NCBI GenBank assembly: GCA_038087875.1
Contig: CM075994.1
Coordinates: 3,598,001-3,662,000, forward strand
Reading direction: 5' to 3'
Length of the DNA stretch: 64,000 nucleotides
From: Malacoraja senta
Lineage: Eukaryota
The translations under genes were made by a program, and so were the position numbers. The notes below the pieces were generated by a model. It saw only the letters and a program-made list of their open reading frames with translations, had not been told where the DNA came from and did no database searches. This document shows, in pieces, positions 11,885-24,646 of this stretch; within the stretch, counting starts at the first letter, position 1, and each line of letters begins with the position of its first letter.

Positions 11885-12028
11885 GTCTTCAGTTTAAGAA
11901 GGAAGTGCAGATGCTGGAAAATCGATGGTAGACAAAAATGGTAGGGAATCTCAGCAGGTGAGGCAGCACCTATGGAGCGAAGGAAATAGGCGCCGTTTTG
12001 GGTCGAGACCCTTGAACCGAAACGTCGC

Positions 12029-15000
12029 TTAATTGTCATCTGAGTCACTCTCGAGCAGAGCATCCTCCTCATCAGACATGTCACTGTCAGAGGCAGATGA
12101 TGCAGCTGGGTCCTCTCCCATGTCAGGCCTCATTGCCCTCATCCCTTCTGCATGCCACAAGCTGATGGCTGGCCGGGGATCAAAGTCCTTGATGTTACTG
12201 CCATACAGCATGTTGAGGAGCTGGTCTGTCACCTGGAGGGACCTTCTGATGCTGGTCATCAGCTGCTTTAGCCTGCTGAAGCCTCGCTCAGCCTCAGCTG
12301 AACTTGCCGGTATGGTAAGGACGAGGTCAAGGAGAGTGCAGATGTTAGGTAGCTCTTCTCTCATCACAGGGATGATGGCTGACCAGGTCAGGGCCTTCTT
12401 GCTGAAGCTATGTAGAGTCATTAAAAGTTATTAACAATACAACTTGTTACATGAGAATATTTATGAAATTAAGTTTTGAATTCTTCAAAAGTAATACAAT
12501 ATTACAAATGCATCATTTAAAAAGAATATTTGAACATTTACTTTGATTGGGAGCTGATCACCACTTTCAGGAGGTCCAACTTTACTCCCAGTTTTGTTGG
12601 GTCCACGTGTTGTACTGTGGTTAGGCTGCCCTTGAAGTGCTGTGCCAGTGACTGGACAGCTTCATTTAAAAAATGTGCGGAAAATAAAGAAAATAAATAT
12701 TGAATCAGTCGACTACTAGCTCTTAGGGCACATGCTTTGAACTTATGTTGCACTTAATCAACTGATGTCACTGTCAGTGTGGAGAATTTCTTCCTGTATT
12801 TTGATATAAAATCTCAAGTATGTAATCATTGTTATAGACTAGTTGTAACTTTACCTTTACGTTTACGGTAAAGTTTAGATTATGATCCATTGTAGCTCAA
12901 AACAGAAAGCTTTATAAAGAAGTAACGTGCAGCAAATTCAGAGAGAATCATATAGTGAATCATACATTATGATTTGCTCCAAATTTCCTCCAGTGTGGTA
13001 TTAAAAATATCTGACTCCTACAAGGAACTAGGCTTTGCAATTGAAATGAATTACTATGAGGTGAACGGAATTAAACATACTGAACAAAAATATGCAATAC
13101 ATCATACTTTAAAAAATCTACATATTTTAAGATTTACTTGAGTTGTTCTGTAAAAAAGCCCATGAACATTTTTCAACATTACTCTTACTGAAATATCACC
13201 TGATAGTTTGCCGTCTGGCCAGAAGTTGAAGCTGACGATCTTCATTGCCTCGCAGACTCCGTCACTCAAGTCATGAAATCTGCCTTGAAGACTTGTTGCC
13301 AGACCATGCAGCAGTTGTGTCAGTCCAGCCTCAATGTCGGTGCTGCCGGTCAGATCTCCCTGAAAATGTGCTTGAAATTCCTGATGTATGAGAAAAAAAA
13401 ATTATAATGCAGTGATTAATGATTTTTTTTTCTGTTAGGTAACACCAATACGTTCATGAAATGTAAAACAACTTCATTTTGCTAAACTGCAACAAAACTG
13501 TTGTGTAGAAATGTGAACCTATCTTTAAATGTGTGTATGACTGACAAAAAAAATGCTGCGTCAACATGGTTTCAGTGTTTTTTCTTTTAATCTTACAATT
13601 CATTGCATGTTAACCTTTGACAAGAATTACCTTTCCTTGTACATTACAAGCGTGGTTTCAGCAGCATGAATGGAACTACATTTGCGTTGATGTTGACTTC
13701 TGTACCACAAGGGACACCTGTGCAATGATACAATCAAAAATGGACATCAAATGAATTAATGGACTTACTTATCATTACACACGGAAACGTTAGTGTACAT
13801 TCTATCATTAAAAAACTGTTTGAAATTAGCACATCCCTGCGGAAATATAAATGGAACTATAGTAAAATTTAACATTAATTTTCTTATTATTGGGACTAGC
13901 CAAAATGAAAATGCCTTCAAGTGGCATTTAAGCATATTATCAGCAATTTTGGTGGGTGTTTTCTCTGTAAAATTAAAGTTTGTGGTGTAGCCTGAAATGC
14001 GAAGTAAAGTTGATGGCTGATTGGCAGAAAACCACAGCAGTTGTGAAAGTGTTGAGTTTATGGTCATAGTGCACCATTAGTTCATTGCTCATATTTATAG
14101 TATTCTTGATATCCATATTTTAAAAATAAAAAATACTCAGTCATTCTGTAATGCTTGATATTGCTCACCTTGGAAAGTATAATGACAACATCGTACAGGA
14201 AAAGGATATACATCAGCACATCCCTGTGCTCCAACAGCTTGTTGAATCCCTTTGTCTTGGCCCCGGCTTCACTGGAAGTGCCCACCTGTGCTTGAAGCTG
14301 CAACAATAATGAGAGAGATTGAAAGGTGGTATTAATGAGCCAGGAAAACAGTAACGCACATGTATTTGATGTGCTTAATGATTACTATTTGGTTATAACT
14401 ATTTATTTTGGAGGAATGACATGCCTCATCCTCATTCATTTTTATCTGGAATCTTCCATGAAAGTTCTAAAATCATGACATGTAGTTATTTCATTTCATA
14501 ATTGTAATTGATTCTAGTTTCAGAAAAAAACTAATTAATACCTGACAGAGATGAGGCACAATCGCTTGGTAGCGTCTGAGGAAATTTCTTATGGCCCGTT
14601 CAAAGTGGGAAATCCATCTTGTTCCTCCCACCCTCGTCGGGATTTCTGGAGCGATTCCAACTGCTTCCGCAGACACTTTGAGGGCACTTCTGTTTTTTGA
14701 ACTGTTCCGGTAGAACAAATATAAGTTCAGAAACAGAGAGTTGACTGTGTTACACAGGTTGACTCCCTTCATGGCGTCCTTGCAGGCCAACTCTAGATGA
14801 TGGGCAGACCAATGCACTGCCTGTACTTCGGGATTCAGACCCTTCATCAAGGTTGCGACGCCACGTTTCCTCCCCTGCATCACACTTGCTCCATCAGAAC
14901 TGAAACCCACCAGTTACTGGGACACTTCCTCTTTATCCATCTCCAGTCTGTGCTTCTGAGCATCAGAGCAGCTTTGATGGACTCGGCATCTGCAGTTACC

Positions 15001-15831
15001 ACCTTTGCCACTGCCACAAACTCTGTGTTGATGGTACCATCGCATGCATGCCGGACATAGACAATCTCATCTTCAGTGATAGAAGAATCAATTGTCCCAT
15101 CACTGATGATGGAGACAAATGGAGACTTCTTCACACGCTGGACTATGCTTCGTCTTTCCACCTGTTCATGAAATTGAATACAAAATGACCTAATTCAGTG
15201 ATTAAATTAACAGACCTGATTTACAATAATATATGTAATGAGATGAATATTGTTTCTATCTACGGAACACTTATGTACTTCCGCTATGAAATGGATGAAG
15301 ACCTGAGCTGCACGGTCATTCTGGTAGGCCGTGCCGATATCGAGGCCCTTCACACTATCCAGCTGACACAGCCAGACGTAGTCGGTGAAAGGCCTGCTTT
15401 CTATAGCCATGGCATGGGCGTTCCTCAATAGGTGTTCCAGCCGATGAATGGTTGTCTCGATAATTTTCTCGATCATCCTTTCTGCTTTTAATGATCCCGC
15501 CTCCGCATGTCTTGCTGCCATTATGCCAACTGCTTTTTGGCGGTTCTCGCTCTCTTCATGTCTCTTGACTGAGTGCAGCTTAAAACTCGTGCTACCATTA
15601 AAAAAACATATTCTGTGTTTTCCCTGGCTCTCCCTTCACGTTTGCCTCCCTGCAAACCTGGCAGAACGTTCCCCCTTTCTTCTCATCATACCTCAACCAT
15701 TTGTGATCACGTTCCCATTCCTTCCTGCAACTTCTTGATCTTTTCTCATCCTCATACTCGTTATCCCTTTCATTTTTTCTTTTCGCTGCCTCATCCCTTG
15801 GGTTTGCCACATTTTTCAGGTAACACCACAT
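12029..15831 (-). pseudogene. Intron-containing hAT transposase (ZNF862-like), at least 7 exons, decayed
   Basis: Exons about 15831-15279, 15161-14542, 14297-14169, 13717-13631, 13380-13200, 12674-12542 and 12407-12029, mostly with GT..AG boundaries. TTF-type Zn finger (WLRYD..TFCQVC), SIISDG, FSSDGAS, VHWSAHHLEL, TRW, PASSAEAERGFS. Frameshifts near 15600 and 14965, in-frame stop near 14915. Confidence 0.88.
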
Positions 15832-16644
15832 GATTGATCTCGAGGATCCACAGGCTGACTTATGGAAAGAAGCATGTGCATGGAGCCCCACGTGTCACAT
15901 TAGTGATGTATCGGGCGTGCTGAATTCAAGTCGCATTTTTATTGCCCTTTTTATTTTGACTAGATTAAGTGGTCAGTGGCCTCACTCTTCCTTGAAAACT
16001 GTCGATGTCCCAAAGACTTGGTCTTACACAACCAGTGCAAGTCTCTCTCTCTCTCTCTCACTCTCTGTTTCTCATTCTCACACAGTATTCTCACTATTTT
16101 ACACCTCACGAGCATGTCATTTTCATTCTCTTTCTCTCATATATCTCTTTCATAATGTACATTCTCTCGTATATCTCTTTCATATCATACATTAAGGATG
16201 CTACAGATACATTTGCCCAATACTCATTCATTCAATCCCAGGTAAGACCAGGTAAGATTAAATGTTAATTGGGTTATTTCACGATCTGCCTGACCCGCTG
16301 AGTGCAACATTTTTTATTTCAGATTTTTCACATCTACAGTACTTCGCTTGTATGTTGTACTTTTCCACTAGAAGTAGTATTTTTTTTTACATAATTATTT
16401 AAATCCTCACACCAAAGAATAAGAAAGCTAGCTGGTTGGTTCAAAATAAATCATGTATATAGTGTAAGGTTACTTGTGAGGCATTTGGAGTTAATTCTTG
16501 TTAGTTTACCATGCTTTTCTACATTTGTATATATATTTTTGTAAATAAATCTAAGATAATTTACAATGTGTATTGGTCAGGGATATTTATCAGTAAGTGC
16601 GATTGATGGAATCACGTTTAACAGTGAGCTGATTACCAGTAGGT

Positions 16645-16866
16645 TTAAGATGGAACTGCGGATGCTGGAAAATCGAAGGTAGACAAAAATGCTGGAGAAA
16701 CTCAGCGGGTGACTGAGACAGCATCTATGGGGAGTAGGAAATAGGCCACGTTGCGGGTCTAGACCCTTCTTCAGACGTCTGAAGAAGGGTCTCGACCCGA
16801 AAAGTCACCTATTTCATTCGCTCCATGGATGCTGCCTCGTCACCCGCTGAGTTTCTCCAGCATTTT
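16645..16866. mobile_element. Palindromic pLTR-derived insertion with back-to-back hammerhead cores and a 15-bp TSD
   Basis: Centre ...cccttcttcagacgtctgaagaaggg...; TGATTACCAGTAGGT at 16630-16644 and 16867-16881. Confidence 0.88.
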
Positions 16867-18268
16867 TGATTACCAGTAGGTGTTAATTAGGCTACAATAA
16901 CCCAAATGTGGGGTGGAATATTTACAGATAATGTTTAATTGAGAAAAAGACAAACATTAGGAAGCAGACTGAACTCGAGTAGACACTGGTCCTACCAACA
17001 TTCAGTTCGCCATCTAACAAACCTCAACCTACCTTGGATTTACAAACTTATTTTTCCTTTATCAATTCTCAACTACTTTTCTGGCGAAGAAAGGCTTTGG
17101 GTTATTATACCCTACCTGTGGAATAAATGCTTCCAACCAGCACAACTGAATTTGTCCGTCTCAATTTCAGGGCATCCTCTTGAAGGTACGTTTCACCTCA
17201 TCTCCCCAACAAGATCCTCAATTAAGCCATTTTACTTCCTTTTAAATGGATTACGAAACCTCATTCATAATTGAGACGTTTAGATACTTCCTGTAACTGC
17301 TTTACCTTTTAATTCTGGCACATTTTCTTTGTGTCCATGTCTTCAAACATCATTCTCGCACACTTTATCTCAAGGTTTATTTCTTTTCTTTGCCTCATCC
17401 CTTCGGCTGCCCTGCCTTTGGAACATCTCCCACCAAGAGATGGACCTCAAATAAGGGAATTACTGCTCCACTTTGTCAATGACGATGGCAGCCAAGATGT
17501 GGTGTCAGATAGGCCGGGATTAGAGGGTGCAAACGAACAAAAAGTATTGGGGGTTAGGGCCAGGATTGCTATCCAAGGTAGGATGGTGTTGATACCTTGG
17601 GGTTTGACAATGAGAAGAGGAATCAAGGGCTCGCAGATGATTTGAATGAAAGTTGAGACCTGACAAAACTTAAGGAGAGGGGAGAATGGGAGTTGCAATG
17701 ACAGTTTGATGTTAGCTTTGTTTCACAGAATGTTTTGTTTCCTGCCCAGCTCCCATTGCTTTGCACGGAACATTAACAGTTTTGTTTGCTGAGCTAACCT
17801 TGCAGAAAATAAAATGGTGAGACAGACCAGGAATGATTCATTGGACCCTTCCTGCTTGGACAAATATTTAGGCAAAATCTGAAACTGTTAAAAGTATGTG
17901 ACAAAAGTAAGGAAAATGATAAGGAATAAAACTTTATTTGTTTTCCGAAATAGGTAATAAAAACACTACAGTTAGCGAGAATTCAGATTACACATCAGAT
18001 TGCAGGAAATCTAAGTCATAAGACCATTTTGTTGTGGTTAGCCCTTTATTAGCAACTAAACAAAAAAATACCCTATACAATGTTGGCAGCAGCTGTTTGC
18101 ACTGCAGCTTATATTGAGTAACTACGGTATGAGCTCATAAATGCAACTGACGGATATAACATGCATCAAAATGCCTTTATTTTTTTAAATAAATAAATAA
18201 TTTAAAAAATACAGCATAAACAATATAACTAAGATTTAATGTTCTACCTTAGAGAAGTACAGAGTAAC

Positions 18269-18301
<33 letters not shown>

Positions 18302-18497
18302 ACTCACACACACACACACAAAATCAGTAAACACTCACTTTCACAAATATTACATATGCATGATCAAATTAAAGGCATACATTAAAAACAACGAAGTCTG
18401 AAGAAGTGTCTCGATCCGAAACGTCGCCGATTTCTTTTGCTCCATAGATGCTTGCTGCCTCACCCGCTGAGATTCTCCAGCATTTTTGTCTACCTTA

Positions 18498-21400
18498 AGA
18501 GGGAGAGAAGGGATCAGATTTGGGATTTTTTTATCCCGCGAAAATGCGTATTTCCTTTAAGGGTATTGAAAAGTCATTTGTTAAGCCTGAAGAAGCGTTT
18601 AAATATGCCCAAACTATCGTTGAAAGGAAAGGGAGGTTTGGCAGATCTGAACCATTTTAAGCAATGCTTTGTCTGGGGATAGTTACACTGTTATCTTTGG
18701 AATGTTGAATCAAGGACACTTTCTGTTTAAAACGAGTAAACAACTCAACAGATGGGAATGGTATATACCAGAAAGCATATAATTGCTTATTAGATTATAA
18801 TATTATAACCAATTATAAGAACTTATCCTATTAACAACTTAATAAGTTATGCATGTTAGATTAGAATACTAATAAAAACAAAAATAAAAAATAATGAACT
18901 AACATACTAATATGAATTCTTAATAAACTGAAACCCTATCTATAAGTGGGAGGAGGGGATGAGAAACGAGCAACTGGCTTAGGTCCAGGGGCACGTCTCG
19001 TTAACCCCTTCAACCATCAGTTGATTCTTATTGAAGTCAAAAGTATCGGTTTAATAATTAGCAGTTAAAATTCCGATATATATATATGTTATAATGAGGC
19101 CCCGTTTTAATATTATAATATGTTATGATTAACCAAGAGAGCGGAGCTATTTGTGCAAACAACGCAATGGAAGTCAAAACAAGGTTTTTTCCCACCTACA
19201 GGTGGGACACTCGCTACAGTGCCGACTATATCAGACACTGTATCTTCACTTTTTTAGGTTTTTTTTTATCACATAAAATCACTTGTTTGTGTTTTGTGTT
19301 TAGTGATAAGCGTAAAATGGACATACCAGCAAAACTTAAAAACTCAAAAGCTCCCCCAATACCTAAAGACCTAGGATATGGATGCACCACAAGATTTAAA
19401 GGTACTATAATTATTCAAAATGCATGACACCACACAAAAGAACCTAGGAGGAATCTCATTTTGTAGTTGGAATATAAGAGGTATTAACGAACCTTTTAAA
19501 AGGGGTAAGATACTAGCTCAGCTGAAATTGTACAACTCCGACATTACCTTCCTACAAGAAACACACCTAAAATCTCAGGATCAAGTTAGGTTGAGGGCGA
19601 AATGGATAGGTCAAACATACCATTCTTCATTTACTTCAAAATCTAGAGGCACGTCAATCATCATAAGAAAAGGTATACCATTTAAAGCAAAGAATATTAT
19701 AACAGATATAGAAGGGAGATACCTAATAGTTAATGGAGAAATCCATGACACTCCACTTACTTTGGTAAATATATATGCCCCTAACTTTGATAACCCCCAC
19801 TTTTTCAATAAAATTTTCAACATAATTGCAGATGTTATAATAGGAGGAGACTTTAACTGTGTTTTAGATCCGTACTTAGATAAATCAAGTCAAAAACAGA
19901 GAGGGAATATGAAATCGAACTGGTGAACTTCTCAATACCTATATAAACAACACTAATATAGCAGATGTTTGGAGAATTGTTAATCCAACTGGCAGGGAAT
20001 ACTCGTTTTACTCAATGGTACATAAGACATACTCACGTATAGACTACTTTCTGCTGGATACAAAATTAATCCCCCAAACATCTAATGCAATATACCACAC
20101 AAACTCGATTTCAGACCATTCTCCACTAACTTTCTTTTTAAAACTGGAAGGATTGTCTAAGAATAAATCGTTTTGGAGATTTAATTCTCAAATTCTAAAA
20201 GATCCACAAGCGAGTATATATGTAAAAGAACAAATGGAGGTCTTTTTTCAAATAAATGATACTCCAGATATATCGCCTACTGTATTATGGGAATCTTTTA
20301 AAGCATACATTAGGGGTATTATAATTTCATATCAAGCTTTTCAAAATAAAAAGAATAAGAATAAACAAAGACAGTTAGAAGAACTTATTAGACAAATGGA
20401 TATAGATAATGCTAAAGATCCATCAATAGATAAACATAATAAAATAATAATTTTGAAATTTAAATTAAATAAATTATTATCTGCCAAACTTATAAGACTT
20501 TTTCAAATTACAAAACAAGAGCATTTTGCAGTTGGGGATAAACCGCATAAACATTTGGCTCGCCAGCTAAAAAAACGAGAAAAGGAACATACTATACCAA
20601 AGATCAAATCAGACAAAGGGGAATTATTAACAACACCGAAGGATATTAATAATATTTGCGCAATTTTATGAGAATTTGTATACATCTAAAACGACAATTG
20701 ATTCCAATAATATCACAAAGTTCTTGGATACCTGTAATCTTCCAAAGTTAGAGCTGAAGGAACAAGAGGAACTGGGTGCACAAATCTCAATTAAGGAATT
20801 AGAAGATACAATAAACTCACTAAAGAATGGAAAAACACCAGGCCCTGACGGATTTACTAATGAATTTTATAAAAGCTTTTATGATAAAATGATACCAAGA
20901 TTACAAAAAATGTACCAATATGCTTTTAAAAAACGAATACTACCTGATACATTAGCGGAATCAACGATTACATTAATACCTAAGAAAAATAAAGACTTAG
21001 AAGAACCTGGTTCATATAGAGCTATAGCATTGTTAAACACAGATCAAAAAATATTAGCGAAAACATTAGCTAGAAGATTAAGTAAATACATTAGTAAATT
21101 AATAAACCCAGATCAGACGGGGTTTATCCCTAAGAGATACTCATCTAACAATATGAGACGTCTACTCAACATAATGCACTCACACAAATCTGAAGATCAA
21201 GAATTATCAATTATTTCGCTGGATGCTGAAAAAGCATTTGATCAAGTAGAATGGAATTATATGGACAAAGTATTACAAAAATATCAACTGGGGGAGAATT
21301 TTATTCTATGGATCAAGTTACTATATAACAAACCTACAGCTAGAATACTAACTGATAACATATTATCCTCGAAATTCCAACTATCAAGGGGAAATAGACA

Positions 21401-23610
21401 AGGATGCTCATTATCACCACAGCTGTTTGCTCTCATTATTGAACCGCTAGCAGAAAAAATTAGAATACACCCTGATATCCATGGATATAATACTAAAGAT
21501 TCATATAATAAAATATCTTTATACGCGGATGATATATTACTGTACATTACAAAACCTCAAATCACTATACCAAATATATTAAATTTAATTGAAGACTTTG
21601 GATCTTTTTCTGGATATAGAATAAATTGGAATAAAAGTGAAATTATGTCAATAAAACCGAAAGATTCAACACATCTTTTAAAATTCCCTTTTAAAATAGC
21701 AACAGAAAAATTTAAATACTTGGGAATCGAAATTACCAGATCATATCAAGGTATGTTTAGGGCAAATTTTGACCCCTTACTTAATAAATTAAACACACTA
21801 ATTAAATTCTGGAAAACGCTCCCGATGTCTTTAATAGGCCGAATAAACGCAATAAAAATGATCTTTTTACCACAAATTTTATACCTATTTCAATCAATTC
21901 CTATATACTTACCAAAGAAGTTTTTTAAAAAACTCGACTCAGATATCACTAATTTTATATGGGACTATAAATCACATAGAATACAAAAAACTCATCTGAA
22001 CAAACCTAAAGTATTAGGGGGTTTAGCACTACCTAATTTTATGTATTGTTATTGGTCAGTAAATATTAAAAATATGATTCAACTGATGGATAACTCCGCC
22101 CAGCAAGTGGACTGGATTGTAATGGAGAAAGAGGATTGCTCCTCTAGAAACATTGGAGCGATCCTCCTCTCTCCAATGAAACTGAATAACATAAATTATA
22201 ATAAGAACCCAATTATTCATAGTACAATCCGAATTTGGAAACAAATAAAACAAAATTTAAAATTAAGAAATTTATCACTTTTATTACCTATAGTCAATAA
22301 CCCTTCGTTTAATCCTTCTATTATAGATAAAGCTTATACACAATGGGATAGATTAGGAATTAAAACGCTTGGTGACTTGTATGAAACTGGAAAATTAGTT
22401 TCATTTCAACAATTACAAATAAGATATAAACTCGGAAATAATCAATATTTTAAATATTTTCAAATATGCGACTATTTGAAAAAATATACAAAAGATCATT
22501 ATAATAACCCAGTAGATGTATTGGACGAGGCAATGCAGATAAAAGCGGAATCAGCAAACTTAATATCTTATTTGTATAATATTATCTTAAATGTACAAAT
22601 ACCACCTACGGAGGGTATCAGAAGAGACTGGGAACAAGAGTTAGCTATTAAAATTTCAAAGGAAAGTTGGAATGAATACTTATTAAACGTGCATAAATGC
22701 TCGATTAATGTAAGACACACTTTAATACAATTTAAAATTTTACATAGATTATATTATTCGAAAACTAAAATTCATAAAATTTTCCCAAATGTATCATCTA
22801 TTTGTGATAAATGTCAATCCCAAGAAGCTACTATAGCGCACTCATTCGTTTTCTGTACAAAAATTCAAAAATTTTGGAATTAAATTTTTGAAATCTTTAC
22901 AAAGTTATTTAAAACATGACTGATACCCAAAGCAGAATGGATTATCTTCAGTATAACGGAAGATGGTCCAGAACTAAATGTGTTTCAAAAGAAACTAATG
23001 GACTATGGGTTAATAATTGGAAAAAAGCCAATTCTAAAATTTTGGAAGAAGGCTCCAATACCAACTATAAATATGTGGATTTCAAATATGTTTGAAACAT
23101 TACACCTAGAAGAGATAAGACTCCTCCTAGCAGGTAAACCAGATCACTTCCACCTGACGTGGTCTGCATTTATAGAATTATTACAAACATAGGGTGCAAA
23201 AGTACTTAAAAAAAAATAAAAAAAATTGAGGTCAGGTAAGGGGGGATGATAGTTGAAGAGTTGGTATGTCCCATTTACGTAATGCTCATAAAAATATTTG
23301 TTTCTCTCTTTTTCCTCTTTCTCTCTCTCTTTCTTTCCTATGGTCTATTTCTTAACTCTTTTTCTTTTGTTTTTAACTTTGCTCTTATAGGGTCTTCGTC
23401 CTTTTTTGTTGTCACATTTCCTACACTTTCACTTTTTCCTTCAATTTCTTCTTTCTTTCAATCTTTTCCTTTTCTAGTGTAAAAAATAAATGGAGTACAA
23501 TAATTGTAAGAAGATATAAATGACGAGTACTAATGTATGTGGTTGTAATGTAATGTACTTCTAATAAATAAAAATTAAAAAAAAAAAAAAAAAAAACAAC
23601 AACAAAAAAA
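18498..23610 (+). mobile_element. 5'-truncated L1 LINE (family a): ORF1 C-terminal remnant, long inter-ORF spacer, disrupted ORF2, poly(A)
   Basis: ORF1 tail GIRFG..YPAKMRISFKG; ORF2 19420-23192 with APE (SWNIRG, LQETH, GGDFN, SDH), RT (QGCSLSP, YADD) and a C-terminal Cys/His motif; several frameshifts and stops; AATAAA plus poly(A). Confidence 0.96.
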
Positions 23611-23774
23611 CGATAGCAACAGTTCGATCTCCTGACGCGTCATAGAGTGCGCCGCGTCGTCGCTTCCATGGATCGCCACAAGGAGGCTCCTTTCATGATC
23701 CCCAAAGTAACAGGAATTTAACAGTAATAGCATCGTGCACGCAGGGAAGTGGGCTTATGCATGCGAGGCGAAGA

Positions 23775-23871
23775 TGCTTGCCAAGCCGGGCAGAATGACA
23801 CGGCTTTTCGGTTGCCCGGCGGGACTTTAGGTGGCCATTGGCACCCGGGCAACCGCTAATTTCGAGCCCTG
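23775..23871 (-). mobile_element. hAT terminus shared with 3615-3711; probable 5' end of the element carrying the intron-containing transposase
   Basis: About 95 bp alignable to the right end of the 1032-3711 element, ending in the identical GGGCAACCGCTAATTTCGAGCCCTG; abuts interrupted Gypsy sequence. Confidence 0.8.
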
Positions 23872-24180
23872 CCATCCGACTGGGTTAAGTTCACTACTAC
23901 GATAGGCCACGAGAGTAGAGGAGCAAGTTTTTAATTGCTCTGCATTCCGAACTTGGAAAAACTCCTCGTGAGACAAAACATTACATTTGATTCCAGTGTC
24001 GATCTGCATTTCAATAGTATTGTTGTTTACCTTAACAGTGGTCATGGGCTCACTATTTTGCACATTTTGTCTTGCATGGAATGTGTTTGCAGAATCACGC
24101 CATCCACTTTAGGCTTATCATCGGTGCTGCTATCAGATAAATGAGACAAAGGCTCGGCCTGTGGCAGATTCACAGATTAT
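23872..24180 (-). mobile_element. Gypsy LTR-retrotransposon fragment (protease)
   Basis: TIEMQIDTGIKCNVLS aspartic protease motif; its gag part lies at 31525-32015. Confidence 0.8.
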
Positions 24181-24181
24181 T

Positions 24182-24517
24182 TAGAAACATAGAAACATAG
24201 AAAATAGGTGCAGGAGGAGGCCATGAAGTCCTTCGAGCCAGCACCACCATTCATTGTGATCATGGCTGATCGTCCCCAATCAATAACCCGTGCCTGCCTT
24301 CTCCCCATATCCCTTGATTCCATTACCCCCTGGAGCTCTATCTAACTCTCTCTTAAATCCATCCAGTGATTTGGCCTCCACTGCCCTCTGTGGCAGGGAA
24401 TTCCACAAATTCACAACTCTCTGGGTGAAAACGTTTTTTCTCACACCTGTCTTAAATGGCCTCCCCTTTATTCTAAGATTGTGGCCCCTAGTTCTGGACT
24501 CACCCAAGATTGGGAAC
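24182..24517 (-). mobile_element. CR1/HER1 3' end (continues at 31076-31520)
   Basis: SRTRGHNLRIKG...FTQRVVNLWNSLP plus (TTCTATGT)n tail. Confidence 0.9.
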
Positions 24518-24646
24518 CCAACAGTCGCGATTTTCCACGTTCTGGAGGTCGGGACCGTTTTAAAAAACTTACCGGAGTCTCATGTCGCGGCGCTGATGAC
24601 ATCATCAGTAAGCGCCGTGAATTTAACAGAGGGAAAGTCATTTAAA

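Noticed and set aside
18384..23600. AAAAACAAC as TSD for a pLTR-L1 chimera
   Set aside because: Low-complexity match next to poly(A); may be chance
24290..24646. Apparent 498-aa CR1-L1 ORF1 fusion protein
   Set aside because: The N-terminal part is antisense CR1 3' sequence plus L1 5'UTR opened from a non-ATG codon; ORF1 most plausibly starts at ATG 24647
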